NCBI GenBank assembly: GCA_013265495.1 | Contig: MU058423.1 | Location: 1,625,061-1,689,060, forward strand | DNA: 64,000 nucleotides | From: Vicugna vicugna | Taxonomy: Eukaryota | Direction: 5' to 3' | Part shown: positions 37,514 to 50,729 of the stretch, piece by piece | Layout: each line of letters begins with the position of its first letter | How positions within the stretch are numbered: position 1 is the first letter of the stretch | The notes under the pieces: model-generated | Seen by the model: only the letters and a program-made list of their open reading frames with translations | Told to the model about the DNA's origin: nothing | Databases searched by the model: none | Made by a program: the position numbers and the translations under genes

Positions 37514-38999
37514 AGTAGGAAGACAAGTTCCCTCCTAGGGCTTCCTAGGTTTCTCTTACACAGAAAGGGCTCAATAAATATTTGTTGAATTGAATTGGCG
37601 CGGATCATTTGATCAGAGGCATACAGAACGAAGAGTATTCAGTCATTAAAAAAGATTTGTGAAGCATTTACCACATTCCGTGCACCGTGTTAAATCTTAA
37701 AGATGGCAGCCCTGCGTAATTTTGTGCTTAGGGCAACTTTATTGCCCTTAATGACCAACCAGCCAATCCTGGCCTTCATTTGTTCTGACCCTGAGGTCTT
37801 CAGAAGAACTGACCTTGCCTGAATCAGTAAATGCAAGCTCTGTGTGTCTCTGATAGTGAAAATTCGTTGTAGCACGTGAAGGTGAGACCCTCCTCCTATC
37901 CTCTCTCATTAAGCTCTGGTTCTCCTCAGTTTTCAGATTCACAGAGCAGAAAAGCCCTTACTGGGTCAACTGGACCAGCTGTGACAAACATGTCTCAAAT
38001 GTTTGCTGACCTCCGTCCTGGATTTTCACCAGCTTAGGAAGTGAACTTGGTAACTCTGAACCTTACTGCTGAGCAGACACAAAAGAAAATGTTACTCTTG
38101 ACACTGAGACTTTATCCATCCATCTTCCCTTCACCCCAAAACTTCCCACACCAGTGGGGCTCACTGCTCCTTTTAGGGAGACGTCCCATTACAGAAACGG
38201 CTCCCTTGCCTCACTCCCTACTCCAGAGACAATTGTTCTCCCAAGATCTCAGTAAGTCAGTTTCTTTCTGCTGTCATTCCAGAGTGAGCCAAGCCCACAG
38301 TTCAGACAGTTCCAGAAACACCACCTCTCCCCACAGCCGTGAACAACATCCCCCAAGGGTAGGCTTGTCAGAGACCAGAGCAGACTCAGGCAACGGATTC
38401 TGCCTGGTGTCAAGCCCCGCTTCTGTCCCTGCATACTGAGGAGCTCCATCTCCCTGCCTCCCTCGGTCCCTTGATGTGCGCTTTTAATATTCATCTCCTT
38501 CTCCCTCTCTTGATGTGAATTAAAAGAGCAACTTGCAAGGCAAACAAGAGGAAAATAACAGATTGCTGCTGCTCATTAAAGCTGCAGCTCAACAGAGTCT
38601 GAGAAGAGCCGGGAGATCGGTTCTCCTTCCCCGTTGAGGGTGGGGGAGTTGGGGGCACAATAATTACAGTACATTGGATCTGCTCTGAGCTCAAGGGATT
38701 TCAGAGATGGAAATGCATTTTTCTTCTTGAAGCTTTACTGCTCAGAGTCTAGGCTTATGTCTCTGACATACAATCTTAGAGAATTTACTTCACCTTTCTG
38801 GGTTTCATTTTATTTCTCTACCTGGAAATAATTTTTTGAACAAAAATAAATTAAGAAAAAAGACTAACAGCCTTCTAAGTGACTATAAGGCTAAATAAAT
38901 GAATGAATATGAAAGTATTTTAGAACAATTATTTGCCATATTCATTCCCCTTCTCTTTCTGTCTCTCTCTCTCTCTTCCTTTCCATCAGCATTTAAGTC

Positions 39000-40395
39000 T
39001 AATTAAACAAATTCTGTTTAAACAAATAAAGTCCTTTCTAACCATAGGTCCCACTTTAACTAATACCTGTTTTTTTCTCCCCTTTGAAGTCAAAAGCCAT
39101 GCAATATTGTCTGTATTTAGCTTCATTTCTCACCTCCCACGCCTACCCCTGAGCACACTGCCATCTGGCTTCCACCCCATCCCTTCCCCTGAAACTGTCA
39201 TCATGAGCACCACTGATCCTGTTGCTAAGTCCAATTAATACATTTTAATTGGATTATAATGTAATATAATAGTTATTCTCTAATTTGACCTTTTTTTTTC
39301 CAACTGGTGATTTTTTCCCTCGTGTGTTTAATTCCCTTTCCCGGACATACAAATATCACTCTTTCTAAGTTTTTCTCTTATGTCTCTGGCTAATCCTTCT
39401 TAGACAACTGTCTGGGTCCCCCCTTGAATGTCAGTGCTTCCCAGAGCCTCAGTCATCACTGATGTATCTGGGAACAACTCCTGCCTTGCCGGTTTGTACC
39501 TCCAGCTCAGATCTGCCTCCAGAGCTTTAGACCCATATGCCCTGCTGAATACTGGCTGTCTTACCGTCCCTCAGGTTCAGTATCATTTTTTCCTTTCCTG
39601 TTTGTACTCCAGAGAACAGAAATGGCACGAACCTGGAAGACCAGAAGTGGTTTTGGACTTCTCTGTCTCCCTGACCCCATATGTCCAAACAGCGCCCTAG
39701 TCTAGCCAATTATTCCTTCATTTCATCACATTCTTCCCCTGCCCCATGCACAGGTAATCTCCCCCACTGCAGATCACCACGTCTTTGCCCGAATGGCTGC
39801 AAATGTCTCCAAATAGCCTTCCTGCCTCAGCCTTACCATCTTCTGCTCTCCACACTGCTTCCAGGACCATCTTTCTAAAATGCACATCTGATCATGACAT
39901 CCCCCTTTCCTCAAACAGTTCAACGACTATTCACACGCATGAGGATAAAGCTCCAACAGTACCAAGGCCCTCTGTGTTGTCATCTCTGCAGTCACCCTGG
40001 GACTCTGCTTCACTCGCCCTGCCCTCACGGTCCCCCACTATATTACACATGCCCGCACCCACACTCTCTCCTCTGAGCCATTGTGCATGCTCTTCCCTCT
40101 TCCAGGAATGGTCCTTCGTTTTGTCCGTGGTCTGGCAGACTGCTTTCTGCCCTTCAAGACTTTGCATAGACATCATCTTTTTTGGGAATCCATCACAGCT
40201 GGGTTTGGGTCCCCCTTAAACATTCCTCAGCATCCCCACAGGTCCTTCATCATCACACTTATTACTTGGCATTGTAGCTGCCTATCTACTTGTGTGTCCC
40301 CCACTGGCCTGAAAACTCACTGACGGCAGTGACTTGTGTGCTGTCATGAGCGTCTACTCTGATGCCTGGCATGAAATAGGTGCTTCATAAACACT
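39000..40395 (+). mobile_element. L2 (ORF2 end and 3' UTR, with deletions)
   Basis: catctggcttccacccc...tgaaactg, ctccacactgcttccag...ttctaaaatgcacatctgatcatgac, ending tgcctggcatgaaataggtgcttcataaa. Confidence 0.8.
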
Positions 40396-41189
40396 TACTC
40401 AAATAAGGAGTATATGTTGTGCTGAGGGGGAATCATTACCACTGAAGTAAAGACCCAGTTCGTCCCATTTGGTTGAAAGAAAAATCGTGGTACCAGGAAG
40501 TTAAAAAGCACTTCCAGTAAGACTCCCCCTCCCCTGGGTCTAAGTAAAAACCAGTGTTTCATTTTCACAATCATAGAGCACAAGCTTGCTTCATTTTCCT
40601 ATTCAAGTTCATGTCCCTCTTTGAATATGCTAATTCTCCCCTCAAGCAAATAAATATTTATTATCTGCATTTGAATTGAAAAGCTAGTGGAGAGGTGCTA
40701 ACGTTAGCTCTGTCTGGAGCTTTTTGCTTTTCACTTTACTTCTCAGAGTCCTCTATTTCCAGCTTACTGATGTGTAAGAAAGGACGAAAGGAAAACGAAG
40801 TGTGGTCTCTCCTGTCTTAACCTCTCCTTCTATGTCACTGTTTTCAGCATGAGTGGCGGGTTAATCTGGGGAAGTAACGTGAACAAGGAAGGATAGGATA
40901 GGGCTCCTTGGTTGTTCGTGCTTCTTAGAACATCACTGCTGTCTTTCTGCCGTGAAGCAAGTTCTAGTTCCGATGGAAGTGTGGCCTCTCGGGGGAAGCT
41001 GTCAGCACCCCTAATTACTCAACCACAAAAGTAACACATTCACGTTGTACTTGTGTTGGGTCTCAGGGAACATTCCCACCTTGTGGCTCCGTGGAAATTC
41101 TGTGCTCACGGGATGTCACAATGGTACATGCACATGAGACAGAGGCCGACAGTCACATCACACACACCTCCTCCGCTCACACATTGCCA

Positions 41190-41325
41190 TCCACCCATCA
41201 GGCTTTACAGACAAAACTCAAGTTGTAAGATAAAATTAGTAAGAATTTCAAGATGATGAGAACAGAACATTAAACCAAGCATGGGGCCTTCTGAGGGCAG
41301 GTCATGTGCTTACAAAGCTGACCCC
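41190..41325 (-). mobile_element. MER45-like hAT-Tip100 fragment
   Basis: aagaatttcaagatgatgagaacagaacattaaaccaagcatggggccttctgag. Confidence 0.7.
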
Positions 41326-42674
41326 ACTCCCACCCGTCATGCGCTGGCCGACACACAAGCCAGCCCTGGACGGAGACTGGCGTTCATCTGCCCCAGCCTG
41401 TTCCCTCCTGGCTCCTGGGCTCTTCTCTCTTCCTTGAGCACATCCTGGTTCTCAGTCTCTTTCTCACCAGCTTTCAGCCTGTGTTTCTGGCCCTTCAGGC
41501 TTGGGGCTCATTCTAGCACCCCTGAGTAGGAAGCCAGCTCCGTGCTTGACTCTGGTTCCTGATCTGAGCATTTTCCACAGCGTCAGGGAAGAGGGTCCCT
41601 CCTCCAACGTCTGCCTCGCAGGACCTGTCAGCTGTGCCCACCTTCCCCTCACTCAGCTCCTCCACCTCCCAGTAAAGACAGGAGAATTCAGACCTCCGTG
41701 CTTGGTATTCAGGTGAACACACACACACACACACACACCCCTCATTTGATTGTCATTCCACTCCTACCACTTTACTAAAACTGCACTTCCAAAGATCATA
41801 TTACAAATCCAACAATTGTTTATATCCTATTTCCTTGATCACTTTGGGGCCATTGCTACAATTGGCTGGCCTTTTTCTTCTCAAAAATCCTCTCCTCTGG
41901 CTCCCATTGTACTGAACTACCCTTGTTCCCCGACTTGCCGTAAGTGTAATTTGATGTCCCTCTTCTCTATTCTCCTCCTGGCTGTAGGTTTCCCTTAAGA
42001 CTCCGGCCTTAACCATCATCTCTTGCCCACTTTCTTAATTCCCATCTCTCTCAGCCCTTGGCCTAAACTCCCCATCATCACCTCCACCTCAAGCCACTTT
42101 TCTTCGGTGGGTCTCAGTTTCCTAGTCTGTGAAATGAGAAGCTTGGACTGAATGGTCTCAAACTATTCCACCAGCTTCACAAACTAGGTCTCCTTCCTGG
42201 TTACTCTGATTCCACTGAAACCTCAAACTGAGAGCACCAATAGTCATGTCTGCTCCTTTTCTCCCTAGGCAAGAAATTAAGGGCATCTTTTACCTGAGGA
42301 TCTGAGTCCACAGCCTTTTATTTTGGGTCCTTGGTGAAGTGTCTCCTCATTCAGATCTTCAGAATAAAGAACACGTAACAGTGGGAAGAAACCTCAGGTC
42401 ACAATATACATCCCACTAAGCAAATTACAGCTCTGTAGATTAACCCATCCATTTTAACAGAGCTTAAACAATAAAATTATGTTGATACATTTGTTTGTTA
42501 CCCTTCTAATCTGGTTATTGCCCAAGGAGCAGCTGATTTACTCAGCTCCAGTCTTTCAGGTTGCTTCTCTGGCTGGAGTTCCCCAAGGGAGAAGCATCTC
42601 TTTCTCTTCCTTCCTCTGAGTCCCTCACCAACAAGCAGGCAGCACTGGCAGGCTGGACACAGTTTGGGAAGAAA

Positions 42675-43213
42675 TGACACGGGGAAAATGGGGTGCAAGA
42701 GGATAGCCATGTCCCAGGTCTCAGGTGATTCCCTGAGACAAGTCCCACCAAGTGAAGGTGCTTACATTCACGCAGGGAAGAATTCAGGAGTGAGCCATAG
42801 TTGAGAAAAGTAGATGTATTCAGAGTGATACATACTTCATAGACAGAGTGTGGGCTGTCTCAACAGGCAAGGGAAAGGCAAGAGAAAGACAGGAAAGGAG
42901 ACCCTGGATGCAAGGTTGTTAGTTTTTATGGGCTCATTAACTTCATATGCTAACAAGTGGGAGGATTATTCCAACTACTCTGGGGAAGGGGCTGAGATTC
43001 CCAGGAACTGGGCCATCACCCACTTTTGAACTTTTATGGTCGGCTTTGATACTGTCCTGGCGCCTGTGGGTCTGTCATTTAGCATGCTATTGTATTTCAA
43101 TGAATGTATATTGAAGCTCAAGGTCTACTGGGAGTTGAATCTTCCATCATCTTGGTGCTAATTGCTGGTCATTCTTTTAATGGTTGTGCCTTGCCCACTT
43201 CTCTCCCGTCTCA
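42675..43213 (-). mobile_element. ERV1 solo LTR, MER41-like
   Basis: tcacgcagggaagaattcaggagtgagcc...aaagtagatgtatt...tacttcatagacagag resembles the antisense MER41 U5/R region. Ends cccgtctca (minus strand TGAGAC). Confidence 0.7.
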
Positions 43214-43235
43214 GAGTAGCCTGTGCAGTATAGCA

Positions 43236-43317
43236 CTGCACGTAATTAACAGATCCCTGGGGCAGCAGGACCCACTCAGCACATAATTAACAGATCCCTG
43301 GGGCAGCAGGACCCACT
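43236..43317. repeat. 41-bp tandem duplication (2 copies, 2 mismatches)
   Basis: ctgcacgtaattaacagatccctggggcagcaggacccact / cagcacataattaacagatccctggggcagcaggacccact. Confidence 0.97.
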
Positions 43318-44961
43318 TGTATTTATGACCCACGTGCCTCTTTTTCAGAAGGTCATGTGGTAGGGTGAAAAGATTCTGTAGACTGTCGGTCAGGGCAACA
43401 GTTCTAAGCTCCGCTCTCACTGGATGGCTGCCTTCAAATCCATTTCTCTTAGTGATGACATCAAGGCACTGTTTAGGAGAGAAGGTCCCATCAGGAAAAC
43501 ACATCCACACCACAGAGTTCAAACAGGAGGGCGAAGCAACCTCAGGAGGAGCCATTGCAGGAAGCTCTTACCAACCCTGGGCTGGAGAGAGAGGGAAGGT
43601 GTGGTGTTACCTAATTCCAGGGTCCAGACCACCCTGTGGGAGCTGGAACTAAGGCAGCACTGCCCAGTGACAGCTGGGGTCACAGAAAAGATGTGGGCCC
43701 GCCCTTGAGATGCTGCTCAGACCAGCTACCAGGCCTTACCAGTTCTCTCGGTCTCGAATCTCCTGCCAGTGCCTCTCATTTACTCAAGAGCCAGAGGAAA
43801 AGGAGCCTGGGAGATGTCATTTTCGGGGTGGGCTGCTGTGGTGCAGAGCAGAGCAGGGGAAGGGCATTGGCATGTAAGTAGCAATGGCCAGTACCGGGTT
43901 GTTGCTTGACTACCCCATTATCTCCACCAGCACCCCCAAACATTCCCAATAAACAGTCTAATTTTTAAAAATGCTTTCTGTTCAGTTTCATCATTAAAAC
44001 AAGCCTGCTTGCTCCTTCTTCCAATCAAAATGTCACCCTCAGATTCCTCCATAGAAGTTTCAGATCTGGTGCCTTCCTTGCTGTCTCCAGCCTCATCCTA
44101 CTGGCCTATGAAGTAAGGAGGGTGATGACACCCAACACTCTCTGATTTCATCTCCTCCCTAGAACTCTTCTGGCTCAGCTGTTCCAGCCCGGCTCTGACA
44201 AGGCCTCAGAACTCAGTTTCCATGTGAAGCTGGACTTGGCCAGTCAATCCATTTTCACTCGACTCTTGAAGGTCACAGAAGTTGGAGATTTTCAATTAGG
44301 AGGAGGCTGGGTGCAAGGGTAGGGGGAGCTGCCAGGAAATGACAAGCAGTAGGCACGGTCTCTGCAGGCTGGGGCACGTCCCAGCTGCGGTGATGAATGG
44401 GCTCAGCCGCCTTCGGTGGCACCAACCTGTCAGACCTTGATAAAGAGCTCACCAAACATTGTGCTAATATGAACAAGAATAAATGGGATAGGATTTCAGC
44501 TCCATTTGAAACACTGCCTGGGAGTAATCTGAACAGGCAAGGTGAGAAGAGAGGCCCTGAAGGACCGGAGTCACCTGTGTGTCCTTCCTGCTGCCTCAGT
44601 GAGTTTTCCAGCCCATCCACTCAATTTCTGTAAGGTAATCAGTCTTGGTCATTCCCAACAAGAAGGGGCTCCAAGTGGGATGAATGACAGGGACACGACT
44701 GGTGAGTATGCTCTCCCCAAACCCAGAGCTGGAAACAACTGGAAACAGACTGATAACCCTGAAAGCCACTGGGAGAAGCTGGATGTGTTCTTGAGAACAG
44801 ACGAGCCATCAAGTGCTTCAGAAGGGAGTCACGTGATTATAGTCGTATTTCCAAAGGAAAAGTCCAGTGCCACTGTGCTGTTGGGTAGACTGTAGCCGGT
44901 GGAGGGGGAGAAGGCAGAGACAGAAGGACCCTTAGAAGGCAATTCAGAAATCCAGCCATTG

Positions 44962-45423
44962 TTTGTTATATTTACTAGTTTGTTATTTTCAGTTCCACAT
45001 ATAAGTGATAGCACACAGTATTTGTCTTTCTCTGTCTGATTTATTTCACTTAGTATAATGCTCTCCAAGTCCATCCATGTTGCTGCAAATGGGAAAATTT
45101 CATTCTTTTTTATAGCTGAATAGTATTCCATTATTTATATACAGATATGTGTGTGCGTGTATGTGTGTGTGTGTGTACATTTATATAGACACACCACATC
45201 TTTAATATAACAAAAAAGAATCAGATTCACAGATATAAAGGACAGTGGTTACCAGTGGAGGGGTGGGCAGTATAGAGATGGGGGATGGGAGGAATAAACT
45301 ACTGGGTGCAAGATAGGCTATAAGGATGTATTGTACAATACAGGGAATATAGCTAATATTTTGTAATAACTGTAAATGGAGTGTAACATTTAAAATTGTG
45401 TAAAAAATTAAAAATTAAAAAAA
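44962..45423 (+). mobile_element. 5'-inverted (twin-primed) L1 3' insertion
   Basis: 44962-45203 is antisense L1 (ORF track MEYYSAIKKNEIFPFAATWMDLE...), and 45204-45423 is the adjacent sense 3' UTR with an A-tail. Confidence 0.9.
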
Positions 45424-46859
45424 GAGAAATTTAAGCTACGGTGAGGGAGCATGTGCCAGGGTAGGGATGGGATGGTGGGTGTGGGAAGAAAACGTCTGTT
45501 ATGAGAAGACTGTTGGATGTCTAGGACTTCTAAACACTTTGAAACAGTGGTTCAAAGATAACTCACAGGTTTGCGGGTCCATAACTGTATTGACTGAAGA
45601 GAAATGGGAGAGAATTAGGTTCATTTTTCATCTTAGGTGCTAGACTTGTTGGCTTTAGGTGGACAGTGAGATATCTAAGTAGATGTTCACACCAGGCATT
45701 AAACCCTAGGATGAGAGGACAAGACTAAAGCAAAAGTTTTACTAGTCTTAGAGGGGATGGTTGATGTTATGAGCTTCTTAATGAAGGGATAATTGAGATT
45801 AAAAAACTTAACCTGGCCTGGTACCCAGCAACCCAGCAAGAGGAATAGGAAGGATTCCCATGTTGTGTGGTTCCCAAATTGATGACTTCAAGCTCCCTCA
45901 AGTTTCTAGAGGTCAGTTTTTTCCCCCACCGATCTCTCCCCTTTTGTTATTCAAACCAATACTAAGGACTGGCATCATTGTTTAAGTGAGAGGCTCCATT
46001 CAGGCCTCCCAAGATTAAAAATGGGATTCTTCTCAAAGCAATCTACCTACCTGGCCAGGGGAGTGAAGGAAAGGCAAAGCCAGCTTCCTGAAAAGACTCA
46101 AAGTAATATGGAGACCCTGAGAGTGACCTGACGTCCTGCCATTCTCCCTGAGGAAGGAGCGGGGCACGGACCAGATGCCATCAGCCACCAAGGCGACAGC
46201 CCACTGCCTCCCCTTCTTCTGCTGAAACATTGTGGGTTGCTGATCACATTTCTGAGTAATCTGAGACTTCAAGAAAAGAGGGAGAGGATTTTAATCTTCG
46301 GGGAAACGAAGAAACCAAACAGATTAAAACCCAAATCCCTCCAGAGAGAACAGCATGTCAAGAGGATCAAACAGCACTTGAACCTTGAGCTTACTACTGT
46401 GTGCAGGTCAGGGCAAGGATGTGCTCAAAACTGTGACTTGATGTATCTCTTTGGTTTTGGTCGTATCATTCAGCGGCTTGCAGTGTGGGTTTAGGGTGTG
46501 GGGATAGCAGGCCTTGTTAGGATTCTGCAGAAGCAAGGAGCGCAGTGCTAAGCAACCTGCAGGCACCTTTGCCTGGACTGGCTTTTCTCAGAGTTTTCCT
46601 GGAACGTCCTTCCCCTTCATTCCTTTTCTCTGGTGGGCCAGTTCCTTCTCATCACTCAGTATCCCTCTCTGGAGCCGGAATGCCTGGGTTCAAATTGAAG
46701 CTTTATTTGTTTATATGTTCAAATCTTAAGCCAGACATTGAGCGGCTAAAAGGAAGGGTCTACATGATGTTCCTCTTTGAACTCCCTGTCCCCAGCACTG
46801 TGCACCAAGCAGATTCTCAATAAACACCTGATGAATGAGTAACTAGGACCAACCAAGAG

Positions 46860-47100
46860 CATCAACGCTGGAACCGAGATGCCTGGATTTGAATTTTGGT
46901 CCTACCATGGATTGACTGTGTGGCACTGGGCAAGTTTCTTAACCTCTCTGTGCCTCAATCTCGTCATCCATAAGATGGGATAATAATAGCACCTTCTCAC
47001 AGGATGGATGTGATGATGCAATGAACTCATACATGTGTAATATTTAGAAGAGTAATTGGCACAAGGCGGGTAGTCAATAAAAGTTAGCCATTATTACTAT
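46860..47100 (+). mobile_element. MIR
   Basis: gcctggatttgaattttgg...ctgggcaagtttcttaacctctctgtgcctcaatctcgtcatccataagatgggataataatagc...gttagccattattactat. Confidence 0.85.
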
Positions 47101-47739
47101 CAGCCCTTTTGCGAGCACCTCAGATGAATTATTAGCTGTCTTTTTTTTTAAAGAGTTGCACATTAAACATAATCGATTGGTTAATAATTAGTCTTCAATG
47201 CCATGGTTTGTGAGGAATTTGTTATTAGATGAATTAATGATCACACAAACAAATTATAATTCCAGATTTCCTACAGTAATTTGGCACAGACATAAGATGA
47301 GAGCCAAATCGACTCATTTATCTCTGTGCCCTGAAGGCTCCGTGGTAAAGGGGAATCACTCACCAAGAAATGCCATCAACAAAGGAATTTGTTTTCGAAC
47401 AACAGAGATAGGGCTATTTTTCAACCTCAGTTTCAGGGATGCATTTTTATTTTGTCTCAGTCTGGAGAAGAGGAAGAGGTTTTAGAGAAAAAAAAATGCA
47501 GGAAGTAGCAGAAAGCAAACATGAGAGATGCATGGGAAGTGAGCGAGTAAGCTCCAGATCTAGTTCAAGGCCAGGTCAGCAGCAGCAGCAGCCTTCAATC
47601 CTACGAGTTCAGGACCAAGGATGCAAGGAAAGCTCACTTACCCCAGAATGTGATAACTGGACTGGCCAGCTGTGCACAATCATATAAACATCTCAAGGAC
47701 AAGGACCAAGACTTTGACTTCTCTGTGTCTTCTGTTGAA

Positions 47740-47975
47740 ATAATGATAATAATATCTACCATTTATGGCTTGTTGACAACATGCCAAATATTGTGTCAAG
47801 CACCGAACATAGACTCCCTTTTTAACTCCTCACAAAACCCCGTGAGGCAGATGCCAAATCCTCTTTCACAGATGCATCAACTGAGGCAAGAGACTTGCCC
47901 TTGGACATACAGCTAAATGAGGCTTTGAACCCAGAAAATGTGACCCCAGGGCTCTCGTGCTTACACACCACACTT
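47740..47975 (-). mobile_element. MIR
   Basis: ataataatatctaccatttatgg...tttaactcctcacaaaaccccgtgaggcag...ttcacagatgcatcaactgaggc. Confidence 0.8.
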
Positions 47976-49619
47976 GCTGCCTTGTAGGACACACTATACA
48001 AACAGCAGCCTCTTGAAAATTGCTTTGTTTGTTGGATGAATGAATGAATGATGCTACTGTAGGATTCATTGAGAATCTAGAATTCGTCCCTAGAATCTCC
48101 CTTTACTGCGCTCTGGACTCCGAGTATAGATACCTAGAGTAAGATAACTCTCTCCTTCGCCAGGCTTTATTTTGGACCATTAAAGCAATACTTTGGCTTA
48201 GAGTGTCTTTGGGCTGTGGGTCTGCCCGGGAATCCATCCCTGGCCGGGTTCACTGGCACAGGGACAGTGCCCCCGGAATACCAGGCTATGCCTGCTGGTC
48301 TGTCATCTGGAGTTTTAGAGTGACACCGGTTTTAGACTGCACATCCACGTAGCAGTTATGGGGTCCTTCAGACTGCAGGCTCCTGGATTGCTCCTCTCTT
48401 TTCTAACATGGCACCATTTCTGAGAAAGCCACAGAATTTTTAAACTGCTCCGAGAGACTGTTTCTCCTTGGCTCTCTGGGATCAAGAACAATGACTTTCA
48501 AGTTATTTCAAGCTAATCTTCAAAGACATAATCACCACCAGTCTGCGGGGGCCAAATAGAAAGTAGGTCGTTAGGACCCAGAAGCCCTGGCTAGAACTGG
48601 CTGCCCTGACAGATAACCTGACGACAACAAAAGCCCTAGGATTCCTGATGGGAAAGGAGCACTCAGCCCAGCTCCCCTGCCGCCTGCATCACCAGCCGCT
48701 GTGCTGCAGATGGCCCTGTGCCAGGGATCTCCCACTCCCCTCCCCCAGCCCACAAAGAATAAGCATTTGGTCCCTCCACCCTGTTAGGGAGGGATGAGCC
48801 AGCCCTTGTGCTGGAAATTCACTAGCTGAAGAATCATAGCTTTGTACCAGCCCCATCTCCCAGGGCTGTGCAGATCTGCTCCTGATTACATTCCAGCAGC
48901 TGGGCACAATCTCTTTCCTCACCGCTGAAAATGATTTTGGGGGAAATAAACAATGAAATTTGCCATGTTAATATTCTCTGCAGCCTGCAGGGTGTGGGAT
49001 GCATACTAAGCACTCCTGAAAGCCCATCCACCCAGAATCAGGAGATGAACTTGGGCTCCAAAGGGTGTGAATGAGCTGGTCTAGAAGAGAGAGCCCCTCA
49101 GCTGACAGCCACCCATCCTCCCTGCTTTACTCTGATTTCTGAAGCTGGCCTTAGAGATGGGGCTGGTCTTCCCAGCTGGGGGCTGGTCATGATTGAGTCC
49201 CAAGCCTCAGACTGGGGTACGTCAATAGCCAATGCCACAGAGGAAGGAAGCCCTTTCAGACTTACTGAAAAGCTTAGTAGTATTAAGATTGGCTATTTAT
49301 TAAATACCTACTGTGAACCAGGCACTGTGTTAAATCCTTATTTGATTTAAAGTCACATTAATTACCAAAAAATCCTTGCTCATTATTTTAAAAGTAAGAT
49401 AGATGAGTCAAATGGAAAAATATAAATCCCCTGTAATCCCATCTCCCAGAGATAATCACCATTAACATTTAGCTTGTACGTCAAATCAACAAGGAGGTAT
49501 GAAGGAGGTATAAGTACTATTATGTATGCATATTTGTTATTTGAAGAAATTCAGGCCTAGTGAGGTCAAGCTTCTTAATAAAAGTCACTGTACTGGTAGA
49601 AATTTGAACTCTGTTTTTT

Positions 49620-50530
49620 TCATGTGATGAATGTTTATTGAGAACATAAACACAGTTCTGAGAGACAGGATTACAGGTCCTTAAGGAATCAGGCAGACAA
49701 GGTTTTTGTTGCCATGAGCAAAATCTAGTGGGAGAGCCAATCAATACACAAATAAATGATCACAGATGGCAAGTGCCATGAAGAAAATAAAAACAAGGCA
49801 TTTTCATGTTAAGTGACAGTCATGGGGAAGGTAGTAACTTGAATTGGGTCAAAGAATGATTTTTTGAGAAAATAACATTTTAATGTCTAAACACTTAAAT
49901 AGTGTTTACTGTGTGCCAATCACAGTTTTTTTTTTAAACAAGTGCTAATGCACTTAAACCTCCAAAAATCCTGTGATGTAGGTGTTATTATCACACCTAT
50001 CACAGATGAGGAACCTGGGGCACAGAGAGGCTGAGTAACTTTTCCAAGGTCACACAGCTAGGAAGTGGTGAAGCCCAAGATGTAGACCCCAGCAGTTTGG
50101 CTCTCAAGTCGTGCTTGTGACCACTACCCTCTGCTGCCTCTGAGCTGAAATCTGAATAAGGCATCATCGATGCAAAGATCTGAAGAGAGTATTCAAACAG
50201 AAGGGACAGCAGGGCCAAAACACTGCAGTGGGAATTGTGCTTGGCATGTTTGAGTATCAGAAAGCATGTCAAGCTAGATCACACAGGGTCTTGGAGGCCA
50301 GAGGAAGTCCTTTGGATTTTATCTGAAATGAAATAGAAAGAAATTGGACATTTTCACCAGAGAAGTAACTTGATCAAATTTGCATTTTAAAAAGATCCTT
50401 TTGCCTGTTCAATAGAGAACAGAATTTAGGGACGCAAATCATGCAGGACTCACGGACCTGGTAAGTGTCCAGACTAAAGATGAAGGTGGCTTGCATGAGG
50501 ATTGTGGCCCAGGAAATGGAGAGAAATGGA
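49620..50530 (-). mobile_element. L2 3' region with a nested MIR (about 49885-50140, minus)
   Basis: L2 aatgtttattgag...gagaaaataacattt resumes as tgagctgaaatctgaa after the MIR (acagatgaggaacctggggcacagagaggctgagtaacttttccaaggtcacacagctagga). Confidence 0.8.
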
Positions 50531-50729
50531 AAACTTTGGCCAATCCAAAGCTATATTTTTTAAAGTTTGCTCACTGCCTTAGAGAAAAGTATATTGGTAA
50601 AAACTCCTTGTTGGGCAAGGGAAGATCACCTTGTGAGGTTGGATCAGAGGCATAAAAAAGATAGAGGCCGGCCCTTTATAAGTCATGAGCTGGAATCAGT
50701 GCAGGAGTTGGCCACACAGGTGCAGAAAA

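Noticed and set aside
43236..43317. CRISPR-like repeat-spacer array
   Set aside because: Only two directly adjacent copies with no spacer, in a eukaryotic context with no cas genes.
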